In this document: positions 33,022 through 49,600 of the stretch, piece by piece
How positions within the stretch are numbered: the stretch's first letter is position 1
Layout: each line of letters opens with the position of its first letter
From: the human T2T-CHM13v2.0 reference genome, Homo sapiens
Assembly: GCF_009914755.1 (NCBI RefSeq)
Contig: NC_060929.1
DNA length: 64,000 bases
Reading direction: 5' to 3' (one strand)
Position numbers and translations under genes: made by a program
Notes under the pieces: generated by a model
Databases searched by the model: none
Told to the model about the DNA's origin: nothing
The model's input: only the letters and a program-made list of their open reading frames with translations

Positions 33022-33165
33022 CCAGATGCTCCTCAACTTACAATGGGTTACAAAACTTTCAACTTAAAATATTTTCAACTAACAATGGGTTTGTCTGAAC
33101 ATAAACCAATGATAGATTGAGGAGTGTACTGAATACATCACTTTTGCACTACTATAAAGTTGGAC
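33022..33165. mobile_element. Tigger4-like fragment
   Basis: cagatgctcctcaacttacaatgggtt terminus. Confidence 0.6.
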
Positions 33166-33259
33166 AATAGAGTGTTCATTAGATAAGGTACATTACATTA
33201 CATGATGAATTCCAAGCATGGAAAGAGATTTATGCCATATCTTTGAATGAAGCAAATAA

Positions 33260-33588
<329 letters not shown>

Positions 33589-34300
33589 CTGATCTAATTT
33601 TTAAAAATTATCTTTCTCTTAAAAATCAGAAGCATATAAACTAAAATACTGAGAGTTATTATTCCTAGAAGACGGAAATATAGATGGTTCAAATTTTCTT
33701 ATTTTGCCTATCAAATTTTCAAATATGCTACAGTGAACATACATTTTTGTGGTCTTAGAAATAGACTGAACGTAATTTTTAAATAGAAATTTTCAGAGGA
33801 ATGGGTCAGTCACAGACACTTGAAAGAGTCTGAAAGATCACTTTGCCAATCATTTTGAGTCATGGAAGAAGGTTATCATCTCTAAAAATGACAAGGAATA
33901 ACACTTGCCTGGAAACATAAATACTGACGTAATAAGTAAAATCATATTATTTAAGAATCAAAATTTCTACTTAATTGACTAGCTGATTAAAAGCTAGGTG
34001 TTGATGAAATTAATGAGGCAAAGTAATCCCCTTACTAAGGCAAAACTGGCATACTGACTATGATGTCAGAAAAAATACTTCAGAAAACAGGGGATTCCCA
34101 GAGTACTTTTATATTTAAAATTACATAAATACATAATCTTGCCTGATTGTGTCTATTAATGTTGGTCCTGGCTGTCCATCCCCAGAAGAAAAGGCCAAAG
34201 TCTGCCAAAATCAATTCAGTACTGTTACACTGCTACTCAAATGTGTAACAAATAATATTTGTAAATACCTATTATACCTATATTCATATATGTTTTATAA

Positions 34301-34676
<376 letters not shown>

Positions 34677-37399
34677 ATTTCAATCAGTACTTTGCTCCAA
34701 TATCACACATATCTATAAATATTTATTGACTATTCTCTGTAGATAAAATACCTTACAGAGAAACACCTAGTCTTTGACTGAGTCTTTTGTGTGAGATGAA
34801 ACTTGGCCTTTAGTCTTCTGGGCAAACCTCTATCACTGCATCTTACTGCAATTACTTTCTGTTTCCTCTCCTAGACTATAAGCCTTTTAAGTCATATTCA
34901 TGTTTGTCTTCTAATACTTAGCAGAGTACCTTCCCCATAGTAAGTACAAAATTAATGTTTTTTGAATGCTGAATATTTTGAGAAACTGATCAATGTTTTC
35001 TTAGAAATTACTATTAAATTAACAAGTAATTGTAATTTATTTTTTAATGAATTGGAATATGTTCCAAAAACTAGCTAAGATATAACAACAAAAGTCAACA
35101 GAAAAGCTGCTAACAACATAGACAAAGGAACATTAATAGAATTTCTCTTTCTGTTATTTTGCAAAATTTTGTTTCTTTCCAGACCTCAGTACATAGTAAG
35201 CTATTTCAACTTTCAGACTCTCTTGTCCATGCTAGATGGGTTGTGTTCTCTCTTACAGTGTTGAATTTCAGACCTGAAGTAAAAAGCATCACACTCTTTC
35301 TAAACTACGCATAAAAAGATTTCCTCATAGGTTCATTTTCCAAAATAGGACAGTCAAAGCTATTTTTTTAATCAATTCCATAAGGTCTCCTTCCTTTAAA
35401 ATCCATATCTTGCCTAGAGAATGATCATTGACTAGGTAGGCTACCACTTTTCTATAAGAATCCAAACTTCTTTTGGAATCATGTGAATTTAGCATGGTAA
35501 AAAGTTCAAATATATCTAAAGTTAGAATGATGATGATCAACTATAGCTAAGGGAGATAGGAGCCACTTCTCTCCTGCCCAAATTCTACCTCAGTTTTAGT
35601 TAAAGATCTTGATTCTTTTTCAAGAGAAGTTTCTTTAGCCATTTAAATAATGTGGGCTTTAGTTTGTTGAATGAGCTTTAGAGACTTTTTGAAGGACAAA
35701 TTTTAATAAATAAAGAAATGACCAGACCTAATTATTCACTCTATGGAAAATATTAAATGGGAGGCCCATGGTACCAAATTTGCAGGTTTGTTCCTGGCAG
35801 GCTGAACTTCTTCAAAGTCAAATCATGTTTTAAATCAGTTGTAATTGAGTTCTTACCGATCTCTGCCTCACAGAACCAAGGGATAAACTTTTCAAATTCC
35901 TTTGGTAGAAAACCCAAGTATATATCATAATATTCAAGTGTTTTCTCCATAGAAATAAAGTTTGCAATATGAGTGAATTCACTATCAACAGCCTGCTCAG
36001 ATCAAAATCAGGTGAAAGCCTGTAACACACTTTTGTGACTCCTCTTGTGGCAATTTGAGATTTCAGGGGGAAACATTCTCCAAAACTAACAGAAAACATA
36101 ACTCCAGTAATCTACAAAAAATAATTTTTCTTATCTGTATTTTATCTGATATACTCCTAGGTGACAGAGAATTCACTTCCTTTGATAATCACAGGGAAAA
36201 CTGATTCTTCTCCTTTAAGAAGAGGTGGTACTTGTATCTGATAAACATGAATTAAGATTGTAACCCTAGATCCATAGATTAAATAAGATCTATTAGAATC
36301 ATTTTGATTTTGAAAATGTATTCCTGTTCTTACTTCATATACATTCTCTAGCAGTAGGAGTTTAAAAAAAAATCAAATGGATTGCCTGCTATAATAAGTG
36401 AATTTTTAACATGGGTTATGTTATGTTGAAGGATAGCTGCTTTCTGTTTGGTACAGAATTAAGCATAAGGAAGGGGATGACAAGTATGCTCTTTCCCATG
36501 AAGTAGTCTACTGTGGAACATGGCTGTCCTCCAAATTATTTAAGGAAAAAAAAAAACCCTAATGAGCTAACACCAGGGAAAAGCTGTTTCCATGGCAATT
36601 GAGCTATCAGAAAACCTGCAGAACAGAGATCCTTTCTCTAGCTAGTTTATGTAGTTTCCATTTTTAACGCCTTACTACTGGCAGTCAGAATCAGCAAGAG
36701 CTCAAGCTAAGTAAATGTTTACTTTTCAAACACCAGAATAAATCATGGTTTGATTACCATTTCATTAAAAGATGATCATTAATCCCCTGAGAAAGGTGAG
36801 AAAAAAAGGCAAGATGAGAAAGACATTTATGAAGAGCTTGGGATGGGGGGACAATGAAGATTAAAAAAAATACAACATGACTTCCCAGTTGTGCTTAATG
36901 AATGTGTCCTCACTGCCAACTATTTAGTGAACACCAAGATACAAAGGAAAGCTCCTCTAGATCTGAAGTAATTTAGATTCTGCCACAGAAGGCCATTAGC
37001 AAAGAAAAAATTCCTACATACCCTTGTAAAAATCTAGGATAGTGATACACTCAGGGCCTGAGGGACATTGAAGAGGGACATTAATCCCATTTGTAAGGGG
37101 GCTGGGAGTTGCCAGAGAAGTGAAGCCTATGCAGGTTTTAGAGGCTGAGTCAGAGCTACGTAAGTCAGTGAGAATGGAAAGGGCACTGTAGAGGATCAGG
37201 GGAGGCAGATGAAAAGGGGAAGCAGAAAGGTTTGTATGAGAACTCCAAGCAGTGAGTTTTGCTGAAACAGTTATTATTGTATTGAGGGTAAAAAAAAAAG
37301 TAGTCAGAGATAAGATAGGACACAAAATAAAAGGGGCTATGACATGGGAAGATCTGTTACCTTTCTTGATAGTGGTAATTGAAATATACAGAATGACAA

Positions 37400-38085
37400 C
37401 GATAACTAGGGCCAGCTCTTATTAAGTACTTTCTATATATCAGGCATAGAAATATTACTTTATATAGTATAATCTAATTTAATTTTTACTTAACCTGTGA
37501 AATAGATTCTATGATTCTCCTTTGTGATATAGTTATTTGGCTGACCCAACAGCCTTTGAGATCCCCTTTGGGAGAGCTAAATATTTGTTCTCCTTTACTC
37601 CTTAGCTAGGAGTGGCCATGTCACACAATTCTAGCCAATGAGGCATAAAAAAATCTGGGTTCCTAAGGAAGATGTTGCTTTTCTGACTAAAATAAGACAG
37701 CAATGATTATTACTGTCACTTCTATCTTCTTCCTGCCTTTAACAAAATGAAATGTCTGGAGTCACAGCAATCAATTTGTTACCATGAGGTAAAAGAATTA
37801 GGGAATGGCCTAGAGAAAGGCAGAAAAGCTGACCCTGAAATCTTCAAGTTACTGCACCAAAATCAGCAGCTGCTTACCATTGTATTTCTTAATGGGGGGA
37901 AAAATAAACCCATTGACAACTGGAAGTTTTGTTATGTACATCTATGAATGTTCCCAATAAATATACCTGTTTTGTAGAAGATAAAAATGAGGTGTAGAGT
38001 TCTTAACAACTTGCTCAAGAGCATGCTGTTACCAAGTGATAAAGTCAGGATTCCAAATCAAGTTTGATTCAAAGCTTGGGCTCTT
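37400..38085 (-). mobile_element. MIR split by an LTR16-like LTR (37523-37964) and later targeted by an L1
   Basis: MIR antisense motifs on both sides; ERVL-type tagctaggagtggccatg..ctagccaatgag inside. Confidence 0.5.
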
Positions 38086-39894
38086 CTCTGGACCGGATAA
38101 ACTCACAGCTGAATTCTACCAAACATAAAGAAGAGTTGTTACCGATCCTACTGAAACTATTCAAAAAATTGAGGAGGAGGGACTCCTCCCTAACTCATCC
38201 TATGAAGCCAGTATTGCTTTGATACCAAAATATGGCAAAGACAAACACAAAAAAGAAAACTACAGGCTAATATCCCTGATTAGCATAGATGCAAAACTCC
38301 TCAACAAAATCCTAGCAAACTGAATCCAGCAGCACGCCAAAAATCTAATTCACCATGATCAAGTAGGCTTCATTCCTGGGATGCAGGGCTGGTTCAACAT
38401 ACACAAATCAATAAATGTGATTCACCCAATAAACAGAACTAGAAACAAAAACCACATGATCATCTCCATAGATGCAGAAAAATATTTTGATAAAATTCAA
38501 TATTCCTTCATAATAAAAGCCCTCAACAAACTAGGCATCAAAGGAAACATCCCTCAAAATGATAAGCGCCATCTGTGACAAGCCCAGGCCCAACATCATA
38601 CTGAGCAGGTAAAAGCTAAAAGCAGTCCACTTAAGAATTGGAATAAGATAAGGATGTCCACTCTAATCACTCCCATTCAACACAGGACTGGAAATCCTAG
38701 CCAGAACAGTTAGGCAAAAGAAAGAAATAACAGATATCCAAATAGGAGAAGAAGAAGTCAAATTATCTTTCTTTGCTGAAGATAATCATTTTCTACCTAG
38801 AAAACCCTAAAGATTCTGCCAAAAGGCTCTTGGAACTGATAAACAACTTCAGTGAAGGTTCAGGATCCAAAATCAATGTATGAAAATCAGTAGCATTTCT
38901 ACACGTCAATAATGTCCAAGCTGAGAGTCAAATGAAGAATACAATCCCACTTACAATAGACACACACACACAGACACACACACACACACATACACATGGA
39001 ATACATCTAACCAATGAGGTGAAAGATCTCTACAAGGAGAACTACAAAACATTGCTGAACATATAAGTACATGTTTCTTTTCGGTATAATAATCTATATT
39101 CCTTTGGGTATATACCTGGTAATGGGATTGCTGAGTCAAATGCTAAGTTCTTTGATAAATCTCCAAAATGCTTTCCACAGTGGCTGAACTAATTTACATT
39201 CCCACCAACAGTGCATAAATGTTCCCTTTATTCCTCAACCTCACCAGCATCTGTTGTTTTTGCCTTTCTAATAGTAGCCATTCTAACTGATGTGAGACGG
39301 TATCTCAATTGTGGTTTTGATTTGCATTTCTCTGGTGATTAGTAGTGATGGGCATTTTTTCATGTTTGTTGTCTGCATGCATGTCTTCTTGGGAGAAGTG
39401 TCTGATCATGTCATTTGCCCATTTTTTAATGGGGCTGTTTGTTTTTTGTTTCTTGAATTAAGTTTCTTATAGATTCTGGACATTAGACTTCTGCCAGATG
39501 CATAGTTTGTGAATATTTTCTCCCGTTCTTTAAGTTTTCTGTTTACTCTGTTGATAGTTTCTTTTGCTGTGCAGAAGCTCTTTAGTTTAGCTAGGTCCCA
39601 CTTGTCAAATTTTGTTTTTGTTGTGATTGCTTTTGGGGACTTAGCAATAAATTCTTCACCATGGCCAATGTCCAGAATGGTATTTCCTAGGTTTTTCTTC
39701 TAGAATTTTTATAGTTTGAGGTCTTATATTTAAATATTTACTCTATCTTAAGTTAATTTTTGTATATGGTGAAAGGGAAGGGTCCAGTTTCATTCTTCTG
39801 CATATGGCTAGTGAGCTATCCCAGTATATTTATTGAATAGGGAGTCCTTTCCTCATTACTTGTTATTGTTGACTTTGTCAAAAATCAGATGGTT

Positions 39895-40203
<309 letters not shown>

Positions 40204-40883
40204 AAAAATCAGATGGTTACAGGTGTGTGGCTTTATTTTCTGTTTCATTGGTATATGTGTCTGTTTTCTACCATACCATGATGTTTTGATTACTGTAGCC
40301 TTCTAGTATAATTTGAAATCAGGTAGTGTGAAGCCTCTGGCTTTGTTCTTTTTGCTTAGTATTGCTTTGGTTATTTGGGCTCTTTTTTGGTTCCATATGA
40401 ATTTTAGAACAGTTTTCCTAACTCCATGAAGAATGATGTTGTCGTTGCGCCATTCACAATACCAAAGATATGTAATCAATCTAGGATTAGATAAAGAAAA
40501 TGTGGTATATATATACCATGGAATACTACATAGCCATAGGAAAGAATGAAATCCTGTCCTTTGCAGCAACATGGATGGAGCTGGAGGCCATAATTATAAA
40601 TGAATTAATGCAGGAACAGAGAACCAAATACCATATGTTCTCACTTATAAGTGGGAGCTAAACATTGAGTACACATGGATATAAAGATGGGAACAATAGA
40701 CACTGGGGATGGCTAGAGAAGGAAGGGTGAGAGGCAAGCAAGGATTGAAAAACTATCAGCTACTATGCTCATGCTCACTACCTGGGTGATGGGATCATTC
40801 ATACATCAAACCTCAGTGACACACAATTTGCCTATATAACAAACGTGCACATGTAGCCCCTGAAACAAAAATAAAAGTTGACG

Positions 40884-41218
<335 letters not shown>

Positions 41219-41735
41219 TTAAACATCTCAACATACTGGTAGTGTTTCCTCACTCTTCTTGCATGAAAAGGGGCAAAGTAGAAGGTAAATCCATTCCTAT
41301 GTTAAAGAAAAAGAATCTTCATGGTAAAGAAAAGGAAAATTTAGGAATAGAAAAGCTGAAAACTCAAATTATTAATAACCTGACTGTTTTTGTCCCTAAT
41401 GAAAGAGAAAATGAGAAAAGATGGAATAAAAGAATCTCTCCCCCTTCATGGGGTGCCCTCTCTCAGCTATCCAGAGCTTTTCCACCAGGCTTCCCTCCCT
41501 TCTCCTTTCTATGAGATGTGTAAGACTAATAGCTTAAGGTACTGCTCGTGGGGAAATAAAAAATTTAGTGAGCATGTTGACAATGTCTACATTTATGATC
41601 CAAAACTACAAACTGATGCTTAAGTTGTGGATTCATTCAAACATTTACTGAATTCTTTTTTTTTTTTACAGTGCTAGTAGATAAAGGAAATTGGTTTAAA
41701 AAAAAAAACCAAATTTCCTGTCATCTCATATTACA

Positions 41736-41736
<1 letters not shown>

Positions 41737-41782
<46 letters not shown>
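41737..41782. repeat. (CA)23 microsatellite
   Basis: Perfect CA run. Confidence 0.95.
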
Positions 41783-41785
<3 letters not shown>

Positions 41786-41894
41786 ATTTACCCTACCACT
41801 TCTGTGGTAAATTGACTGTAGCTTGCTGGGCCAACTCCTCCATGCAATGCAGGTAGCTCTAATCCACATACTATTGCACAGCATTGTGATACAA

Positions 41895-42140
41895 TGAAGT
41901 ATAGTATGATGGTTAAGAGTGCAGCATTAGTGTCAGATTGCCTGAATCAGAATCTCCACAACTTACCAACTATATAACCTTGAGAAAGTAACTTAATCTC
42001 TCTGTGCTTCAGTTGCCACATCTCTAAAATGTGGGATAAGAATAGTACCTGTCTCATAAGGTTGTTGGGGTGGGTTAAGAGACGGCCCATTCAAAGAACT
42101 TAGATGCCTGATATGCAATAGGCACTCAGTAAGTATTAGT
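41895..42140 (+). mobile_element. MIR
   Basis: tggttaagagtgca...acttaatctctctgtgcttcagtt...aatagtacct. Confidence 0.75.
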
Positions 42141-44766
42141 TAACTTAATTTCATTTGTCTTTGGAATCACTACTCTTCATTTCATCTTCCAAATCCTTTT
42201 CCCCTTCATACATCTGGTACTCAAGTGATTTAACCTTTTCAAAAATCTCTTATCAACAACATTTGATTTTATAATGCATTTCAAATACAGTGTATTTAGT
42301 ATATGTGCTCCCTCACCTAGGGGAATTTGTACCTTAAATTTTATCTGTAATTGTAGAATGAGTTTTCTACCAGTATACCAATAAATACTTAGAAAACTAT
42401 ATTGCTTGTCGGGAAGCCTGTGTACCATTCTTAAAATCACAATAGGTTGGCTATTTTCTAATTAGAGGTAAGTAAAGCTCCAGGTTGAGCCATTATTTGA
42501 TATTTAGTAATTCACACTATAATGTAAAAGACTACTTTACTGTGGCATCATCTCTGTTACTCTAACATGGCTACCTACAGTCCACATTTGTAAGATGTGC
42601 CTTTCCCTACTTTGCTCATAGATTTTTTCTTTGTTTTTCCAGAGTAACAACAACAACAACAACAACAACAAAAAGATAAAAAGGTGAGCAGCTACATAGG
42701 ATGAAAACTGCCTTACCTTTATAAATTCCAGTAACAACAAAAGACAGTGTCTCATTCAACAAACTTGGCAAGTGCCTAAGCAAATACCAGGGATGTTTTA
42801 ACAAATATATGCTTTAGGTTTCCCATACTCATCTCTGTCTCACCACAAGGAAAACCCTATTCTTCAGGAAAAAGGTGCCCATCGCATCTTCCAAGAATAT
42901 GTAAATACTGTTTTGGAACCATCAAGTTTAAGGTAACCTGTGTAACACACACAGATGACACACTTTTCACACGGAGTGCCAACTGTATTTCAATTTAAGT
43001 CTTTTCAGAAGTATGTTAGAAGGGGTCCAAATGTATTTCATCAAAACTGTGTATAAAAATTAAACTGAACAGTCTTCCATAAAAGAAAAAATTTTCATAA
43101 AAATAGAAAAGATCATGCCTCTTTAGTACAAAAGAATTAATATAATTACTGTTTAATAAAATCTTGTCTTTCCTCATTAGCTTTGACTTTAATAAACAAA
43201 ACTCACTTTTAAGGATATAGCTCTGTTGCAGCTTGGCTATGTAACTGCAATTTAAAAACTGGCTTAAATATCAATTTTAAGTCTATATGCAATATTACAG
43301 ATAACTTATTTATTTATAAGAAGAAAATTATTCTAAACATCAATAAAAGAATGACCTTATATGAAAAGGAGGATGATCAGAGTAATTCAGTAAATCATTA
43401 TTCTAGAAAGAGTAAGATTTGCTCCTTAAAACCCTCTTGAGAGTCTTATTACCAATAATTACCTTGGAGGTGTCTAGATTCTACTACAACTGTGACTGAG
43501 GTATTTATAGCTCACTGAATGGCCATGTGCTTCCTACATTACCAGTGCCATTGCTGTTAGGTGGGAACACATGATGAGTTCTTCTCAATGAACTGTGAAT
43601 AGTAATGACCTTTCATACTTCTAAGACAGAATAAGAGAAGGCTTGAGTTCTCCATTCTCTTCCCTCCTTTGATGTAGAAATTATGGAGTTTTTAAAATTG
43701 GCAACGTTTTTGAATCATTCATGTACAATAAATTGTGTATAAAGTAGACAATCTGGTGACTGTTGTATATACCTGTGAAAATATCATCACAATCAAAATA
43801 GTGAACATACCCATCACTCCCTAGAGCTACCTCCTGTCCCTTTGTAATCCATTCCTCTCTTAATCTCCAAATCTAAATCCATAGGGAACAAATTATGGTC
43901 TTTCTGTCACCATAGAATGGTTTGTCTTTTTCTAGAATTTTACATGATTAGAATTATAAATTGGCTTAGATTTCTGAGTTATTTCACTCAGTGACATTTT
44001 TGAAATTCAGCCATATTGCTCAGTGGTTCCATTATATAACCATACCACAATTTGTTTACCCATTCACTGATTGATGGGCATTTGGGTTGTTTCCAGGTTT
44101 GGGCTATTGCAAATAAAACATGATCATTCATGTACAAGTCTTTGTGAGCACAAATGCTTTCATTTCTTTCGAGTAAATGTGTAACGTTACAATGGCTAGA
44201 TGATATGGTAGATGTATGTCTAACTTGTTTTAATGTCAGGAAGAATTAAAACCACAAAGAGTTGCTACTGAATACCCACAAAGATAGCTATAATTTTAAA
44301 AAGGGAATATAACAAGTATTGAGAATTTCTTTTGGGGTTATGAAAATGTTTTGGAACTACATAGGAGTGGTGCTTGCACAACATTGTAAATGTACTAAAT
44401 GCCACTGAAATGTACACTTTAAAAGCATTATGTCATGTGCATAACACCTCAAAAAAAGACATTCTAAATGAAAGCTATTTAAAATTACTACTTAGACTAT
44501 TTAAAATTACATACTTTAATGACCATTTAAAATTACTAATATTGGTGAATGAGAATTTCAGCTGTTTTACATCATCACCAACCCTTGGTATATTCAGTCT
44601 TGTTAATGTTAGATATTCAGTGGAAATATAGTGGTATGTCATTGTGGTTTTGTTTTACATGTCCCTAACGACCAATAATGTTCAACATCTGTTCTTATGC
44701 TTACTTTCTATATGCGTGTCTTCTTGTTAAAGTGTCTTTTCAAATCTTTTGCTCAATTTTCAGTGA

Positions 44767-45067
44767 TTTTTTATTTTTTTTTTTGAGACAAGGTCTCGCC
44801 CTGTCTCCCAGGCTGGGATGCAGTGGCTCAATCTTGGCTCACTGAAACCTCCACCTCCCAGGTTCAGGTAACCTTCCTGCCTCAGACTCTGAAATAGCTA
44901 GGACTACAGGCATGCACCACCACACCCGGCTAATTTTTTGTATGTTTTGTAAAGATGAGGTTTCACCATGTTGCCCAGGCTGGTCTCAAACTGCAGAACT
45001 CAAGCGATCTGCCTGTCTCAGCCTCCAAAAGTGCTGGGATTATAGGCGAGAGCTACCACACCCAGCC
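44767..45067 (-). mobile_element. AluJ
   Basis: Diverged full dimer with gagacaaggtctc. Confidence 0.85.
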
Positions 45068-45145
45068 TTGATTATTTTGAGGTCTTCTAATTGTTAAGTT
45101 GTAAGAATTTCTTGTGTATTCTAGATACAATTCCTTTATTGAATA

Positions 45146-46115
<970 letters not shown>

Positions 46116-46699
46116 TAAATATTTTGCAAATATTTTCTCCAATATTTAGATTGGCTTTTAATTTTGTAACAATGTTTTGAAGAACCAAAATTATTAAATT
46201 TGATAAAAGGTAACATTAATTTTTTTCTTTTCTAGTTTATGCTTCTTGTGTTTTACTTAATAAATCTTTGCCTAATTCATGATTTTTAAATTTTTCTGCC
46301 ATATTTTCTTTTAGAGGTTTTATAGTTTCAGCTTTTACACTTAGGTCTGTGATCCATTTTGAGTTAATTTTGTAAATGGTGTGAAGACTTTCTTTATATA
46401 TTTTATGTTATTGCTTATATCCAATCAATTGACCTAGCACCATTTGTTGAAAAGGTCCATTGAATGCCTTGACAACTTTGTTGAAAATCAGTTAACCATA
46501 TATGTCAACCTATTTCTTGAATTTGAATTCTGTTCTATTGATCTGTATGTCTGTATAAATAATTCTAATACTTCTCTACTTCATAAGTAACAAATTAAAT
46601 TTTATTACTATGCTTTTATTTTCAATAAGTTTAGATTTACAGATAAATTGAAGGTATAGAGAAATCCCAAAATCCTACTTTATGTTTTTGTTTGTTTTG

Positions 46700-49600
46700 T
46701 AGATGATTGGTTGGCTCTAAGTGTTTGGCTCTATTTCTGGGTTCTCTATTCTGTGCCACTGGTCTGTGTGCCCATTTTTATATAAGTACCATGCTGTTTC
46801 AGTGAATATACCCTTATAGTATAGTTTGAAGTTGGGTAATGTTATACTTCCAGATTTGTTCTTTTTGCTTAGTCTTGCTTTGGCTATGCAGGCTCTTTTT
46901 TGGTTCCATATGAATTTTAGAATTGTTTTTTCTAGTTCTGTGAAGAATGATGATGGTATTTCGATGGGAATGGCATTGAATTTGCAGACTGCTTTTGGTA
47001 GTATGGTCATTTTCACAGTACTGATTGTACCCATCCATGAGCATTGGATGCATTTCCATTTGTTTGTGTTGTCTATGATTTCTTTCAGCAGTGTTTGTAC
47101 TTATCCCTGTAGAGGTCATTCATCTCCTTGGTTAGATATGTTCCTAAGAATTTTATTTTTTTTGCAGCTATTGTAAAAAGGGTTGAGTTCTTGACTTGGT
47201 TCTCAGCTTGGCTGCTGCTGGTGTATAGCAGTGCTACTGATTTGCGTACATTGATTTTGTATCCTCAAACTTTACCGAATTCATTTATTATGTTGACTAG
47301 AAGTGCTGAAAGTGGGCATCCTTGTTTTCTTCCAGTTCTCAGTGGGAATGCTTTCAACTTCTCCTCAGTTGGTATAATGTTGGCTGTGGGTTTGTCACTG
47401 ATGGCTTTTATTACCTTAAGGTAAGACCTTTCTTCCTGGTTCAATCTAGGAGGGTTGTACGTTTCCAGGAATTTATCCATCTCCTCTAGGTTTTCCAGTG
47501 ATTGAACTGTGGCCTGGGAGAGTACTTGTTATAATTCTTATTTTCTTAAGTTTATTGAGACTGGTTGTGGTCTATCATGTGGTCTATCTTGGAGAATGTT
47601 CCCCATGCTCATGAAAAGAATGTATATTCTGCAGTTGTTGGGTAGAATGGTCTGTAAATATCTGTTAAGTCTATTTGTTCTAGGGCATAGTTTAAGTCCA
47701 TTGTTCCTTTGTTGACTTTCTGTCTTGATGGCCTGTCTAGGGCTGTCAGTGGAGTACTGAAGTCCCCCACTATTATCATGTTGGCAACTATCTCATTTCT
47801 TAGGTATAGTAGCAATTGTTTTATAAATTTGGGAGCTCCAGTGTTAGGTCCATATATATTTTGAATTGTAATATTTTCCTGTTGGACTAGTCCTCTTACC
47901 ATTATACAATGTCCCTCTTTGTCTTTTTTAATGGTTGTTAAAAAGTCTGTTTTGTCTGATATAAGAATAGCTACTCCTGCTCACTTTTGGTGTCCATTTG
48001 CATGAAATATCTTTTTCCATCCCTTTATCTTAAGTTTATGTGAGTTCTTATGTGTTAGGTGAGTCTCTTGAAGACAGCAGATACTTGGTTGGTGAATTTT
48101 TATCCATTCTTCCATTATGTATCTTTTAAGTGGAGCACTCAGGCCATTTACATTCAACATCAGTATTGAGATCGTGGGGTACTATTCTATTCATCATGCT
48201 AGTTGTTGCCTGAATACCTTGGTTTTTTTTTTTTTCATTATGTTACTGTTTCATGGGTCCTGTGAGATGTATGCTTTAAGGAGGTTCTATTTTGGTGTAT
48301 TTCAAGGTTTTGTTTCAAGATTTAGAGCTCCTTTTAGCAGTTCTTATAGTGCTGGCTTGATAGTGACAAATTCTCTCAGTATTTGTTTGTCTGGAAAATA
48401 CCTCATCTTTCCTTCATTTATAAAGCTTAGTTTCTCTGGATACAAAATTCCTGGCCGATAGGATCCCAATCCCTTCTAGCTTGTAAGGTTTCTGCTGAGA
48501 AATCTGCTGTTAATCTGATAGGCTTTCCTTTACAGGTTACCTGATGCTTTTGTCTCACAGCTCTTAAGATTCTTTCCTTTGTCTTGACTTTAGGTAACCT
48601 GATGACTATGTGTGCAGGTGATGATTTTTTCACAATGAATTTCCCTGTTGCTCTTTGAGCTTCTTATATTTGGGTGTCTAGACCTCTAACAAGGCCAGGG
48701 AAGTTTTTCTCAATTATTCCCTCAAATACGTTTTCCAAATGTTTAGGTTTCCCATCTTCCTTGGGAACACCAATTATCCTTAGGTTTGGTTGTTTAACAT
48801 AGTTCCCAAACTTCCTGGAGGTTTTGTTCATTTTTTAAAATTCTTTTTTCTTTGTCTTTGTTGGATTGGATTAATTCAAAAGCCTTGTTTTTGAGCTCTG
48901 AAGTTCTGTCTTCTACTTGTTCGATTCTATTGTTGAAAGTTTCCAGTGTATTTTGTATTTCTCGATGTGTGTCATTTCCCAAAGTTGTCCTTGTTTTTTA
49001 TTTATGCTGTCTATTTCTCTGGAGACTTTTTTGTCCATATCCTGCATTTTTCAAAATTTCCTTAAGTTGGTTTTCATCTTTCTCTTATGCCTCCTTGAGT
49101 AGCTTAATAACTGGGCTTCTGAATTCTTTTTTTCTGGCAATTCAGAGATTTCTTCTGGGTTTGTATCCATTGCGGGTGAGCTAGTGTGATCTTTTGGGGG
49201 TGTTAAAGAACCCTGTTTTGTCATATTACCAGAATTATTTTTCTGGTTCCTTCGCATTTGGCTATTTCAAAGGAAAGATCTGGGGCTCAAGCGCTGCTGT
49301 CCCATGGGTACTCTCTTGATGTGCTCTCCCCCTTTCCCTAGGGATGGGGCTTCCTGGGAGCTGGATTGCAGTGATTGTCATTGCCCTTCTAGGTTTAGCC
49401 ACCCAGCAGAGCTACCAGGCTCTGGACTGGTACTGGGAAGTGTCTGCAAAGAGTCCTGTGATGTGATCCATCTTCAGGTCTCTCAATCATGGTTACCAGC
49501 ACCTGCTCCAGTGGAGGTAGCAGGGGAACCATGTGGACTCTGTGAGGGTCCTTGGCTGTAGTTTTGTTTAGTGCACCAGTTTTCTCAAATGCTGGTTGTG

